From positions 1,488,001-1,552,000 of the forward strand of contig NC_134031.1 in the NCBI RefSeq assembly GCF_964204645.1: a stretch of DNA of 64,000 bases, read 5' to 3'. The first letter of the stretch is position 1. Each line of letters starts with the position of its first letter. This document shows positions 10,945 through 23,048 of the stretch, piece by piece. Under the pieces are notes generated by a model. The model was not told the DNA's origin. It did no database searches and saw only the letters and a list, made by a program, of their open reading frames with translations. Source of the stretch: Tubulanus polymorphus. Taxonomy: Eukaryota > Animalia > Nemertea. A program made the position numbers and the translations under genes.

Positions 10945-13900
10945 ATGAAAGAAGACGAACCAGGTAAATCTACATCAATTAGATATCTATCTCTTAAAAG
11001 GAAAACTTGTCATCATAAACCACAACAACCACTGACCACCCTCTCCGTCCGGTCGCCAGCCAGTCGGTACTCTAAACTCTTCTGACTTTTAGTCTTACGT
11101 GTACGTACTACTCACTCGGCACCTTCCCTGTGTAATCTTTAATTAGATCTGACACTGATCAGAGATAACTCAATCCAGATAGAATCAAACTTGTCTGCAT
11201 GTTTATGGATGCTGAATGAACTGTCAATCTGCATTCATCCTCATCCTGCTCTCTCATCACATCATCTCTGTATCACCCACAATTTATTTTCAGCTGCAGC
11301 AGAAGAGAAGACTCAACTGGCGTATGCCGCTATAGGTGTAGCTACAGTATGTTTATTAGTAGGAGTTCCGTTATGGTGGAAGACTACGACTGTTTATAGA
11401 GTCAATTTACCATACGATGATATGTACGCTCTCATCGAGAAGAAGGTCTGTATTTACTACTGTCTGTGAGGGTTTTAGTCAGTAACCTGTCTGTGGTTTA
11501 GTTTCACGATCGGATATTTTCACATAAGCCCATCGGATTATAGAAAGCTAACCACCAAAGATTAGGTAACTGACTATAGGCTACCGTGATTCTAATGATA
11601 TGTTTTATATCTTTCTTTTCTAGCTGGAATATACAACTCCGTTTACTGTTGTATACATGGGCGAGAACCCTAAGAAACAAGATTTGGCAACGTTTGCAAA
11701 GGAACTTCGTAAAACTATGCTATCATCAGGTATATCATATCTACATGATGAGAATATTCGTAGAGTAGCCGTGTTAACCGGGTTTAAAATAAGTAACAGA
11801 GACGAGTAGTACTGTGTAGGTTAACTATTTATTTGACGCACGAGATTTCGCTTCTAATGAATAGAAGCTTCATCAGGTGAACGACTCATTGACCTGATGA
11901 AGCTTCTACCGTATGTCGGTATGTATGTAGCTTAAAACCACTCCCTTCAGATAGACAATCTGCAGCTCTGACCATTCCCCCTTCAGGCAGTTATCCCTTA
12001 TAGTCTTGGTAGTGAAAGCGTGCTGATAAAATGTCTATGTCTGGTGTTTGCAGTTCATTTTTAATTAGAAATGTCTCCGGGTGAAGTACTGAACACATGT
12101 GAAGCGTGGACGATCAGTCTTTGAAATTGTGCTGATAAAATATCTGATGTTTGTAGTTGAAATTCAATTAAAAATGTCTCAGGTGAAGTTCTGAATACGT
12201 GTGAAGTGTGGACGATCAAAACTTGTTTTTGTGTTGTGACAGGGAGGGAGTCAGAGATCACCGCTGTGTATCGCGGTAACGTCAGACGATGGTTCGAGGA
12301 AGAGAAACAGTTATTCACGGCAGCCGTCGACGTTAATGATTTCACGGAGAAGATCGAAGCGGCGAAACTGATCGATGACATCGGACGTTATAAATTCTAC
12401 ATTTTCCCGTTGAATAATAAAATCAAACTGAGCCGATATCACATCACTAACAGACAAAATATTTATATATCTGAACCTGGTACGTAAACTAACAGTAGAC
12501 TCGGGGCCTCATGAGATCTCACCTGTGTTAGGAGGTTGCGTTTTCATTTAATACTGATAATTAAATACGTTGTTTTTAAAGATGATTGGAGCGGACTTGC
12601 TGATGAAATTAAAGTGTTAATGAATAACGTACTGGTGAATGAGGATCTGCTGGAGAATAGTTACCAAACTGCGAAAGGTCATCGATTGAGTCTAAAGGTA
12701 AAAATGGCGTAACTGTTGCATTGATTAAACTGTCCTGAATGCACAGTTAAGTTGAGGATCAGTTGCTCAATAATTGGTTAATGTTTATCAATGAATGGTT
12801 GACATATGACAATACAAAATCCACTGTTTGTCTTTATCCTATATTTGCGCAACTGACCTCTAATCGTTTGCGGTTTCTATTTTTCAGCCCGATAAAGATA
12901 GCATGAGATCAGTAGGATATCATCCTAACTACGATCTGACGTTTACATTAATCAATCCACAGCCGGACATCATTAGAGTTTCCTGGAACATCGAGACTGC
13001 TGTTAAAAGTAAGTATATTTTAGGGCCATAGAGGCCAGATATGGAGCCAATTGTGATCATGTTAAGTGAATAATAATCAACTCTCCTCAATTCTAGATTA
13101 TTTGAATCCATTTCTACAAGCGATGCAAGAATATTCGACATTTTCCGTAAAATCGCAGGTACATTTTTAGAGACGGTTTTGAATTTTTCGGTTAAAAATG
13201 TGTTTAATTAATAAATTGATGATATTGGTTTCAGGTTTTATATTATACATCGATTTCGGTTCGTCCAAGTAAAGATAATGCGGCGAACTGTTTCTATTTG
13301 AAACCACACGAACTTCCTCATTTAATTAATCCTATAGAAAGAGATTTAGGTAAGATTCAAATCAATCTTTATAAATCACGACTATTTCAAACTTCTTAAG
13401 ATCTAAAATATGTTTTTCACTTCAATTTCAGCTTCATTCGCGTCAAAAGACCCGAGTTTGAATTTTATCTTGTACATTCCGTACAGAGGACATTCACCTT
13501 TACACATCTATACAGCACAAGGTATACTACCCTTCATACTTACTAGAAATAAAATATTCTAATGGGAAAATATTCAAATTCTCCTTTTTCATTTTTCCAG
13601 GGAAACCGGCTTCTACAAATGCGTTTTTAAGTCCGCGTTGGGGAGGCGTAGTCATCGAAAATGTACCGAACCCAAAAAATCGTACACAGCTTCCGAGTCG
13701 GGAGACGTTAAATATGCAGCCGATAATGGGCAAATTTATAGAACAGTTGAGACAACTGATAGGAATTCAAACTCGTCTGCCATACGCTAATATCGAGTTC
13801 CAATCAGCGGGGATAACTGCAGTTACGCAATGGGTAAGAATATCACTACTACCCTGTTCTACAGTTGTGTAGGGTTCACTGAGATCTAGTTTCTGTAGTT

Positions 13901-15331
13901 TGTTACTTTCCAGTTCACTTTACTGTGGCTCCGGTTCACTTTACTGTGGCTCCGGTTCACTTTACTGTGGCTCCGGTTCACTTTACTGTGGCTCCGGTTC
14001 ACTTTACTGTGGCTCCGGTTCACTTTACTGTGGTTCCGGTTCACTTTACTGTGGCTCCAGTTCACTTTACTGTGGCTCCGGTTCACTTTACTGTGGCTCC
14101 AGTTCACTTTACTGTGGTTCCGGTTCACTTTACTGTGGCTCCGGTTCACTTTACTGTGGTTCCGGTTCACTTTACTGTGGCTCCGGTTCACTTTACTGTG
14201 GCTCCGGTTCACTTTACTGTGGCTCCGGTTCACTTTACTGTGGCTCCGGTTCACTTTACTGTGGCTCCGGTTCACTTTACTGTGGCTCCGGTTCACTTTA
14301 CTGTGGCTCCGGTTCACTTTACTGTGGTCCCGGTTCACTTTACTGTGGCTCCGGTTCACTTTACTGTGGTTCCTTTCCCTGTTTTTAGGAATTGAATATT
14401 TGGCTGAGAAAACGAACGATTGAAAACATAGCGACGTCAGCGGCTACCCTGAAATCATTGGCCGATCTTTTGGGTAAAATTAAAAACATGGTCATTAACG
14501 ACGACATTGGAAACGAGGTAAAGCCACAAACACGAACCTTCAGATTCAAAACTGACAGCATTCATCAGAGTTGAATCAATATTTGACTGGTTTCAGGTTC
14601 AGTTAGCAGTTGACTCAGTAACGAACGCGCATCAACACCTAAAACAAGGACTTCTACGAGACGCGTTTGAAGCATCGAAACAAGCACTGCAGGCTTCAGG
14701 TAACTATTCCTGCTAAACCTTACACAGGACCAGACACTTCACACATCAGCGTCGTATAGGAATAGTGTACATAATATATGTGGCCTTAAAGGTCCTCGAT
14801 TAATAGAACTGAAATTGCATATAGCTCCAGAGAATTTAAACAGTGAGCAGAGTATCAATAATCTACCTATATCTGTGTAAGAATCTTTCGTTTTATATTG
14901 TATCGTATCTAATTTTTAGAAAAGGCATTTTTTGACCCGTCACTGCTGGAGTTACTGTATTTCCCTGAAGATCAAAAGTATGTAATATATAATACAGTCA
15001 ACCCCCAATATTACCGCCCTCCCATTTACCGCCACCCGCCAGGTTTTCTCAATGTACATCACTATACAAATACAGAGCAAAACATCCCGATACACCGCCA
15101 TACTCTCTACATTCTGCACCGATGTGGGCGGTATATCAGGGGTTGACTGTACTTCAATCAGTATCCTCATACTTTATCCTCTTGATTGACGACAACTTGT
15201 TTTGTTTTTGTTTCAGGTTTGCTATTTATATCCCACTGTTTCTGCCGATCAGTCTCCCCATACTCACTTCGCTGTATTCCGCGTTCAAATATTTCCGAGG
15301 TAGAAATCAACAGAAACAAAAATCGAGTTGA
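10945..15331 (+). CDS. PIGS: GPI transamidase component PIG-S (14 coding exons)
   Basis: Exons 10945-10963, 11294-11445, 11624-11729, 12243-12479, 12582-12697, 12888-13008, 13097-13158, 13235-13349, 13432-13521, 13601-13833, 14389-14517, 14597-14699, 14920-14977, 15217-15331, all GT-AG. Diagnostic motifs GVPLWWKTTTVYRVNLP, NAFLSPRWGGVVI and [36 protein letters not shown] at 15742. Confidence 0.95.
11790..11908 (-). mobile_element. Penelope-like pLTR relic with minimal hammerhead motif and inverted tail
   Basis: The minus strand reads cac-CTGATGA-a-gcttcta-ttcat-tagaagc-GAAA-tc-TC-gtg followed by AATAAA. A 17-bp inverted copy lies at 11892..11908. Confidence 0.6.
12020..12220 (+). repeat. Two diverged ~109-bp tandem copies in PIG-S intron
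   Basis: GTGCTGATAAAAT...GGTGAAGT.CTGAA.AC.TGTGAAG.GTGGACGATCA occurs at ~12020 and ~12129. Confidence 0.7.
13908..14373 (+). repeat. 21-bp minisatellite (~22 copies) in PIG-S intron 10
   Basis: Unit CCGGTTCACTTTACTGTGGCT, highly homogeneous; it explains the three repetitive ORFs. Confidence 0.97.
14995..15149. mobile_element. pogo/Tigger-like MITE in last PIG-S intron
   Basis: TA|CAGTCAACCCC...GGGGTTGACTG|TA. Confidence 0.8.
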
Positions 15332-15599
15332 GGTTTTTCGATGTAACAAATAGATGGCGATAGCGTACGATCTCGGCTTTTTTCAAACCAACGAAAAACA
15401 TTCACAGCTACATTGATCACGTGCTGTAAGCTTTAGACAATGACTCGCAGCTCTAGATAAATGTTGTAATTCAAAGGAAAGTTCAATTTTTAAGCTTCTA
15501 TTGAAGTCTGCTGTAATTCGTTCCACATCGAAAAGACTCTGCCGCAAATTCATCATTGTTTTCATTCAGGGCGGTCGGGCTTTATATTCATGTACAGTA

Positions 15600-15694
15600 C
15601 AGTAAACTGACTTGCCTCGGTTCTCGCAGAACCAATTGGATTCCACCGAGACAGCGGCAAGTGAAAATTCCGAGACAGTCTGAGCAGTCTACTG
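15600..15694. mobile_element. Short TA-flanked MITE in PIG-S 3' UTR
   Basis: TA|CAGTAAACTG...CAGTCTACTG|TA, located between the stop codon and AATAAA. Confidence 0.55.
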
Positions 15695-15900
15695 TACTTT
15701 TCATTCATGGTTTGTTTATATTTATGTCTCGATCGATGTCAAATAAAATACTGATTTTATAAGAAAAGACACAGAGCTTGTCTTCGATAAATGTAGGGTA
15801 GAGTTCATCGGAGTTTGAGAATTTCAGAAACCTGACAGAAACATCATTTACCCACAAGACATTTTGATATTTATTTCACGATTAGATTTAAAACATATTT

Positions 15901-18900
15901 CTACCATTTTGCACCTTTGCCTTTCTTCTTTTTCTTGTTGGCACCCTGAGGTTTCTGTTGTCGAGGTCCAGGGGTCGGGGTAGGTTGACTCGACTGTGAG
16001 GGTTTAGGAGAACTGATGTTACTCGCGCTCGGAGATGACATTACTCGAGTATCACTGGAAAAAAAATATGTAAAATAACATCAAGAATCAAGTGGTCAAA
16101 CGTGAGAGGAATCGATCTTGCCACAGGAGTTTGTTTACATAACTGGGAACAGTTGTATAGTCGTGATCACTTAAGTCTGAAATTGGTCTCAAAGATTGAC
16201 TATAGAATCCAAGATTAGTGTGATTAGATCTTGCAACAGGAGTGTGTTTACCGTGGGAACAGTTGTATCGTCTAGACAAAAGTCTGAAACTGGTCTGACT
16301 ATAGAACCCAAAATGGCATTAGAGTGGTCTTAAATCTAAGCCATGACTACAATTGGCCTCATTGGTTTCAGTCAATCTGAATCCCGAATCAGGTAAGGTC
16401 TATTACATCTATGTAACTAACTACAAAATGTTTATGAGCAAAACACTGTTGACAATGATGATGAAATTTACTCCAAATAAACTGTCCAAATAAATTTTTA
16501 TATCATCAACTGTGGTTTTTGCTCATTAACACTATCAGTCGAACAGTCAAAATGTTCGCTTTTCTTACCTTTCATAAGCAGACGAACCCTGGGTACCTTT
16601 TCCTAAAAACAGAACAAAATTATTTGTTAAATAATTGTAATTTGATGACGTCATAGGGGGATTGAGGAGGCAGCCATTAATAAAGTACCTATTTCTTTTC
16701 TCTTGTCTTTCCTCTTTCCGCGGTAGTAAGAACGTTCTCGTTTGGGTAACCATCGTTCCGGATCGATAACGGCGTTCGGGTCGTAGTCTTTTGGAAGTCT
16801 CTTCTTTTTCTTTTTCTTCTTTTTCTTTTCGATCAGTTCATCGCCGGCCCCACTGGAATACGAGAACACGTTATTTATCCCGGAAACAATGATGATCAAT
16901 TATATAAACGAATTGATCCAAATGATGACAAAAACACTTAGTAAATTGACTTTATCCAAATGACTTTAAAATGACTTTATCCAAATGACAACTTAACCAA
17001 GTTTTAACTAGTTTTGCCGATGTAAAATTTACCGTTCCGGAGATTTCGGTGTTTTCGGACTCTGTTCAGTTTTGCCCATTTTTTTCACGTATCTCGTACC
17101 GAGCGTAGATACTGCTGATTCTAACGCGTCAACGTCTATATCGGCGCTAGCGTCCGCTACTGACGGTAGATCTTTACTAATACTGTATCAATAGAGCGTT
17201 AAGTTGTCAAAACATTCTCAAGTTTAGTGAAAATTGCTAAGGGCACAGTTCCACAGTTCTGAATCCAGTTCAACAGATCGACTGCAAGTTTTCCTCCGAT
17301 CTCGAAATTTTCTCCGTAAAGCATCGATTGAATTCTGGGGCAGTCGGAGTCGGAGCGGGTTATTATCACATGAATTGGAGTACATCGGGAAATTTTAAAT
17401 ATTTTGCATCATATTTACGGATTTTCGATAGGCGCAACTGTGGTATAGATTTGAAAGGATACGCTTGAGCTTTCTTCTGGTCGAATTTAGAATAAGCAGA
17501 AATGAGCTGAGCCAATGTTTTCATATCTTGTGGATTCTTCCTACAAAAACAAAAACACTAAATTTGAATTTCTCTTTACGAAAACACGTTGCACAATGAC
17601 CGAAGAGCTGCCTCTGAAGATGGTCTACTCACCTGTAAACTTCTTCCAATAATCTGCTAGCGTTTTCTGGTTTGCCGTGTTTCAGATGCATATCGGCACA
17701 AATCTGTATCATGGACGCCAGATCTTTACTGTCCGACTAGAAATAATATACAATTTCATTTCAGAAAATATGAAATACCGGTACATATTATACGATCAAA
17801 TCAAAGGTTTTCCTGAAGCCTTGAAAGTTCTCCTTACATCATTTTTCTGATACCACTCGACAGCATTGTCTAAAACCTCGATCGCTTCGTCCATATCTTC
17901 CTGGTGTTTGTATAAAGTGACTAGTGATGAAACCTAAATAAACGCACAATAACAACAGAGTTTAGAAATATCACCGGTTAAAGATTTTCTCCTTTCTACC
18001 AGAACAGACCACTTGACATCTCTAATTGTAGTAATCATTACCAAAAGTAATTTGCCATCTTTAATGAAAAGATGAACTAGAAATAATTCAGATTTAATGA
18101 AAAGATGAACTAGAAATTATTCAGATCTAATGAAAAGATGAACTAGAAATTACTCAGATTTAATGAAAAAAGATGAACTAGAAATTATTCAGATTTAATG
18201 AAAAGATGAACTAGAAATTATTCAGATTTAATGAAAAAAGATGAACTAGAAATTATTCAGATTTAATGAAAAGATGAACTAGAAATTACTCAGATTTAAT
18301 GAAAAGATGAACTCGAAATTATTCAGATTTAATGAAAAAAGATGAACTAGAAATTATTCAGATTTAATGAAAAGATGAACTAGAAATTACTCAGATTTAA
18401 TGAAAAGATGAACTCGAAATTATTCAGATTTAATGAAAAAAGATGAACTAGAAATTATTCAGATCTAATGAAAAGATGAACTAGAAATTACTCAGATTTA
18501 ATGAAAAGATGAACTAGAAATTACTCAGATTTAATGAAAAGATGAACTAGAAATTATTCAGATTTAATGAAAAACGATGAACTAGAAATTATTCAGATTT
18601 TGAGAGTATTTTGATATTTTAAGTAGTAAGTTGAGCTCCTAAAAAGAAAGTGCAGAAACTACTCTCACTAATAGTAGTTGTAATCAGGTGTGTTCTACTG
18701 ATTGAATGAAATCTCTTACCACGCCAGGTCTATGATCGTCAGATCCGAGGTTTTTCAGAATATCACACGCCTTGTAAACGTGTCCTTGCGTCAGATACAT
18801 TTGAGCGAGAACGAGTTTCGTACGTAATGAAATATCTTCGTTATCATCGACCGATTTCTGTAATAATTCCGTAGCTTTTTCCGTATGTTTTTCTCTACAC

Positions 18901-21900
18901 AGTTGAGCTACTTGTATCAATCTCGGTAAATCACTGTCACGATTCTTTTCTTGTAATTCTTCGGCCATTTTAATGCACTGTTCGCCCTGTAAATAATGCC
19001 ACAGCAGCATAAAAATAAATCAAGACCCAGTTCTAGAGTCAAATCTTATAAATTGACAGCTCTGTGGAATTGGTAGTCAGTACAAGTAACCTGTCTGTAG
19101 TTTAGTATCAAGGTCAAATATTTTCACAAACCACACAGTATAAGCCAATCTGATCATAAAAGCAAACCACGGTCAACAATTAGGTAACTAAATATGGAAC
19201 TGGGTGCAGCTGCTGCAGCTGGTGTTTGTATTGTACCTGATTCATGTACATGTACAGTAAACAATGATTCATACTGATCACTTTACGCTGAGCGATCGTC
19301 AGTTTATGTTGAAGTCCGTCTGCCGTCGCGACCTTCATTTTCTTCTTCGAATCAAATACATTTTGATCCTAAAATCAATAAATATGACATCAAATATCGG
19401 AGGAGAGGAAATATACTGAAAATGTGACGATTGAATATGAATTTTACCTTGTTACAAGCGACAATGTTATTTGAGGCTACAGCAGTTAATCCAATATCAG
19501 TAGGTCTGAAACATCACACAAACAATCATTTCAAATCATCACCTTTATACTGTTAAATACTTTTACAATAATTTTCAACAAAATATTACCTTTGTTTAAT
19601 GACTTGGTTGTAAAGTTTTAACGCTTGATCATTTTTACCCATCATTTGTAAAGCACAGCCTCGTTGTACTCTGTAAAATAATTGAAATGAGTAAATCTGA
19701 AGTCGAGCTTTCATCCAAAATAAAACGGGATTTCTGATTGGCTGATAATGACATCATCTAAGCTGCGCATGTAGCTGCCACTCGGACTAGTGCGGCAGGG
19801 TTTCGTACCGTCGCAATCTCGTTGCCATTAGGTTCGAATCCCAGCCGGGGGAGGATGATCCCCACCGGACGTAGGAGTTTTAATACAATACGAACCGGAT
19901 GACTCCTAATTCAGCATCTATTTCCTCTTCAGTAACGTCGGGATCATCTTCCAAAAACTTACGACATAATTCTAAAATATGAGATAAACATCATTCACTC
20001 AATATTATCTTACTGCATGGGGGCTGATTTTTTGATGTTATAACACTATGAGAATTAGAGAAATTTCTAGGTTTATAACGTTTTAATTCATTTATTTTTC
20101 ATTCAAAGTTTTCCAGGTCAGTAGCCACACTGTCAAAGATCATCTTTAGGTCTAAGTTTTTTATTAAGTATAACAACCAAAGACTAGGGGTCAGTTGCTC
20201 AAAAGTTGGTTTAGAGTTAACCAGTGGATAGTTGGCATAGTGACAATTAAACTTTCATTGTTACTATGGTATTTATCCACTGGTTATCTTTAACCAACTT
20301 TTGAGCAACTGGCCCTAGGCTTTTGAGACTGAACTTTTAAGTCATGATTATGCAAATGGAACCTGAATTTGCTGCATTTGGGCGACTAACACAAACATGG
20401 CTTATGAGTTAAGACTGGTCTAACTGGGTGGCGTCACTTTTCACCCATTTACAAATTCCCGGATTTTTTCTGATGTTACAAGACAAAGTGAATTAGAGAA
20501 ATTTCTAGGTTTAAAACTATATTCAATTCATTCATTTTTCATTGAATCACGTATTGATAAAGAAACATGTGGTCAATTCAGTTATCTGCCATTATTTCTA
20601 GATTTTTCTGATTCCCTGAGTTTTCCAGGTTTTCCAGGCGAGTCACCACACTGTCAAAAACACTTCTGTTCTTTATTTAAGTCTAACATCCAAAGACTCT
20701 AGGCTTTTGAAACTGAATTTTTGAGTCATGATTATGCAAATGGAACCTGAATTTGCTGACTGTTAATACATAAATTCCGAACATTTCATACCTTCAGTTT
20801 CGTGTAGTTTAGCGACTGCTTCTGAGAACTTTCCGCAAGCGAGTAATTGACAAGCCGCGTTATAACTCAATTCATACGTATCCTCTCGAATCGGACAAAT
20901 CACTTCATCATCCTCTTTATCCTGCTGTAGAGCTACGACAACCGCTGATAAATTAGTCTCTCGCTCATCTTCAAAATCATCCTGAAAATCATCACGAAAT
21001 ATTGAAAATCAGTTGATTACAGGTTGAGAATCAAAAACACGCGGATGAATTCGATTCTTACCGATGAATTACGAATGAGGTCTTTATAAACTTCAAAACA
21101 TTCTTCATGTTCTTCTAATCTGTATAACTGAAAAAAATAAAAGAGGCAATTAACCTATTATCCACAACTCAGTTTTACAGGCAAAATCAGTTAATTTCCA
21201 ATGTTTCAACACTAGAGACATAGCGTCTAAATTATGTTACACTTACAACTTGAGCCAAAAGTTCTTTAATTTTCAGGCTGGGATTCTGAACGGAACGCAG
21301 CGTAGTTAAAGCTTCTTTTGTGCGATTCAAACGATATTCGCAATACGCCTGTTCGAACGACAGATCGCTGAAAAACAATTAAAACATGCATTTCATGAGC
21401 CGTTAATCAATATCTATATATAGTTATAATGAGTATTACACCGGTACTGATATAATGATGGATTAGCGGTAGTAATACTTACACATCGACAGTGGCTGAT
21501 TTACGAATCAGGTGCAGAGCATCGGTAAATCGATTTAAATGTAAAAAACAAACCACTTTACAATGAACGGCTTGAGGTTCACCGGGTAATTCATTCAATA
21601 CTGAAATATATACATTTAAACATTAATACATCGGTCAATTAGAATTACAGGTCAGGCCATATGTCAGCAGACAGGAGCCGGACCGGAGGGCCTGAAAATG
21701 ACTGCGACTGCGAGAGGTCCTATCTGGACTGTGTGCAAAGTATGGACACACTCCCAAATTGGTGTTCTGGAATTTTTTCAATACTAAAATCATTTGACCT
21801 TCATGGTGTTTGGTCTAATCATGGCTCCAACCACCCCAATAAAATTATCAAGCTGCTCCAGTCTAAAATGTATCTCTTTTATTCTTCTTCGTGGCTATTT

Positions 21901-22785
21901 CAAATCAACGACAGTAATTCCAACCCCAAATTAAGGACTTATAAACTTTTTAAAAAACGCTTTGAACTAGAAAAATATATTATTTCGAACTCTTTCCTTA
22001 AAAGACGCGAATTTTCCAAACTGCGTCTCGGTTCCCATCGGCTTAGAATCGAGACGGGGCGTCACTGTCGTCCATTTTTACCAGCCAATGAGAGATTTTG
22101 CCTCTACTGTACTGTAAATAAAGTCGTTGAGGACGAATCCCACTTTTTACTCGAGTGTCCCTCGCTTCATCCTGCCAGAGTCTCCATTTTATCCTCACTT
22201 GTATGTTTCACAGAGTTTGAGTCTTTTTGTGTTTTCGATAAATTCCTATTTTTGATGTCCTATAACAACGGAGACTATGAAATTGCCAGCCTTATGTGTA
22301 ACCTAGTTAACTCTTTATTTGCCCTCCGTTCAACACTTTGATTCTTTTATATTATATTCACTTGATTGTATCGCCACCTAGTTTCCTTGCTGTAATATTA
22401 TATTTTGTTTTACGTTTAACATATTTTATTTGTAAATATTCTCTATTCCTATGTTATCCATTATAAAAGCGATTTTAAATGTATGTCCACTCTTGTACTG
22501 TTTTCCCTGTGTCTTGATGTTAATATTTTATTGCATGTCATTTCCTATGTAACTTGTGTATTATATGGAGCAATAAAATTAAAGTTCAAGTTCAAGTTCA
22601 AGTTCAAGGTCCCTGCTCATCTGGCTTAGATTAGAATGGACCAGCAGGCAGGACACTGGTTTCTGGGAAGACTGACAGTTTTACTCACATTTATTGACGG
22701 TTTTTAAAGCGGCCTCGTAATTCTGATTCTGTCCATATTTATTCAGATCCGACCATAAACTGGCCACACCAGCAGTAGCAGCCAT
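15901..22785 (-). CDS. SRP72: Signal recognition particle subunit SRP72 (multi-exon)
   Basis: N-terminus MAATAGVASLWSDLNKYGQNQNYEAALKTVNK; TPR-region exons (DLSFEQAYCEYRLNR, KELLAQVLYRLE, DEDERETNLSAV-like, YELSYNAAC); RNA-binding motif KKKKKRLPKDYDPNAVIDPERWLPKRERSYYRGKRK; GKGTQG; C-terminus KKKKGKGAKW*. Confidence 0.97.
17183..17462 (-). other. U12-type (minor spliceosome) GT-AG intron in SRP72
   Basis: Donor GTATCCTTTC; branch-like ACTTAAC ~15 nt upstream of CAG with no polypyrimidine tract; the exons join in frame (KKAQA|ISKDLPS). Confidence 0.85.
18058..18600 (+). repeat. 33/35-bp minisatellite (~16 copies) in SRP72 intron
   Basis: Unit TTTAATGAAAA(AA)GATGAACTAGAAATTA(T/C)TCAGA. Confidence 0.96.
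19786..19866 (+). mobile_element. tRNA-derived SINE-like fragment (related copies ~2764..2820, ~5665..5722)
   Basis: Shared TACCG.(C)G(G)CAATCTCG.TGCC.T.AGGTTCGAATCCC..CC.GGGGGAGGATG with a Pol III B-box GGTTCGAATCC. Confidence 0.55.
20188..20315. mobile_element. Harbinger-like MITE (second copy 23556..23682 in SRPRB intron)
   Basis: GGGTCAGTTGCTCAAAAGTTGGTT...AACCAACTTTTGAGCAACTGGCCC with 3-bp TAG duplication; the sister copy is flanked by CAG/CTG. Confidence 0.8.
20425..20655. mobile_element. Dispersed TTCCCTGA-rich element family (also ~30500-30760, ~31050-31292, ~45250-45622, ~55280-55565)
   Basis: Shared blocks such as AGAAATTTCTAGGTTT, TTGATAAAGAA.CACATGGTCAAT and TTCCCTGAGTTT.C.AGGTTTTCCAGG; the two AKNA-intron copies align over ~170 bp. 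Confidence 0.55.
21750..22606 (+). mobile_element. 5'-truncated non-LTR retrotransposon (ORF2 C-terminus, RTE-X/L2-like) antisense in SRP72 intron 1
   Basis: ORF 21661..22341 contains KLRTYKLFK...SKLRLGSHRLRIETGRH...ERFCLYC...VEDESHFLLECP (C-terminal Cys/His motif of LINE ORF2). It is followed by a T-rich 3' UTR, AATAAA and an (AAGTTC)4 tail. The left boundary is approximate. Confidence 0.85.
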
Positions 22786-23048
22786 ATTTACTACAGCAAT
22801 ACACTTTTAAACGGCGTCGAATCCGTGACGGTTAGTGTGTTAGAATCTATAGAATCGTGCTCGCTGCGGTACTCTAATACCCGGCGCCTTATCTCCTCCT
22901 TCATTTGGGCTCATTCTGTTGGTAGATTCAGACTCGATGATCAGTAGATCACGTGGTTCATTAGGGTTAGGGTTAAGGGTCCAGATTTACCAACAGAATA
23001 AGCCCCTTCAACGCGAACCAGGAAGTGAAATTCAGTAACTCCAGAATC
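22786..23048. promoter_or_regulatory. Bidirectional promoter SRP72/SRPRB
   Basis: 263 bp between divergent ATGs; contains TCACGTGG (22949), TTAGGGTTAGGGTTAAGGG (22961) and CAGGAAGTG (23019). Confidence 0.75.

Noticed and set aside
13886-14395. Three 156-162 aa repetitive ORFs
   Set aside because: By-products of a stop-free 21-bp intronic minisatellite.
19786-19876. Possible HDV-like ribozyme (GCA-ATCTCGT-TGC stem-loop)
   Set aside because: P1.1/P4/J4-2 spacing could not be built; the B-box fits a tRNA-derived SINE better.
22961-22980. Interstitial telomere
   Set aside because: Only 2-3 units; treated as a candidate promoter motif instead.
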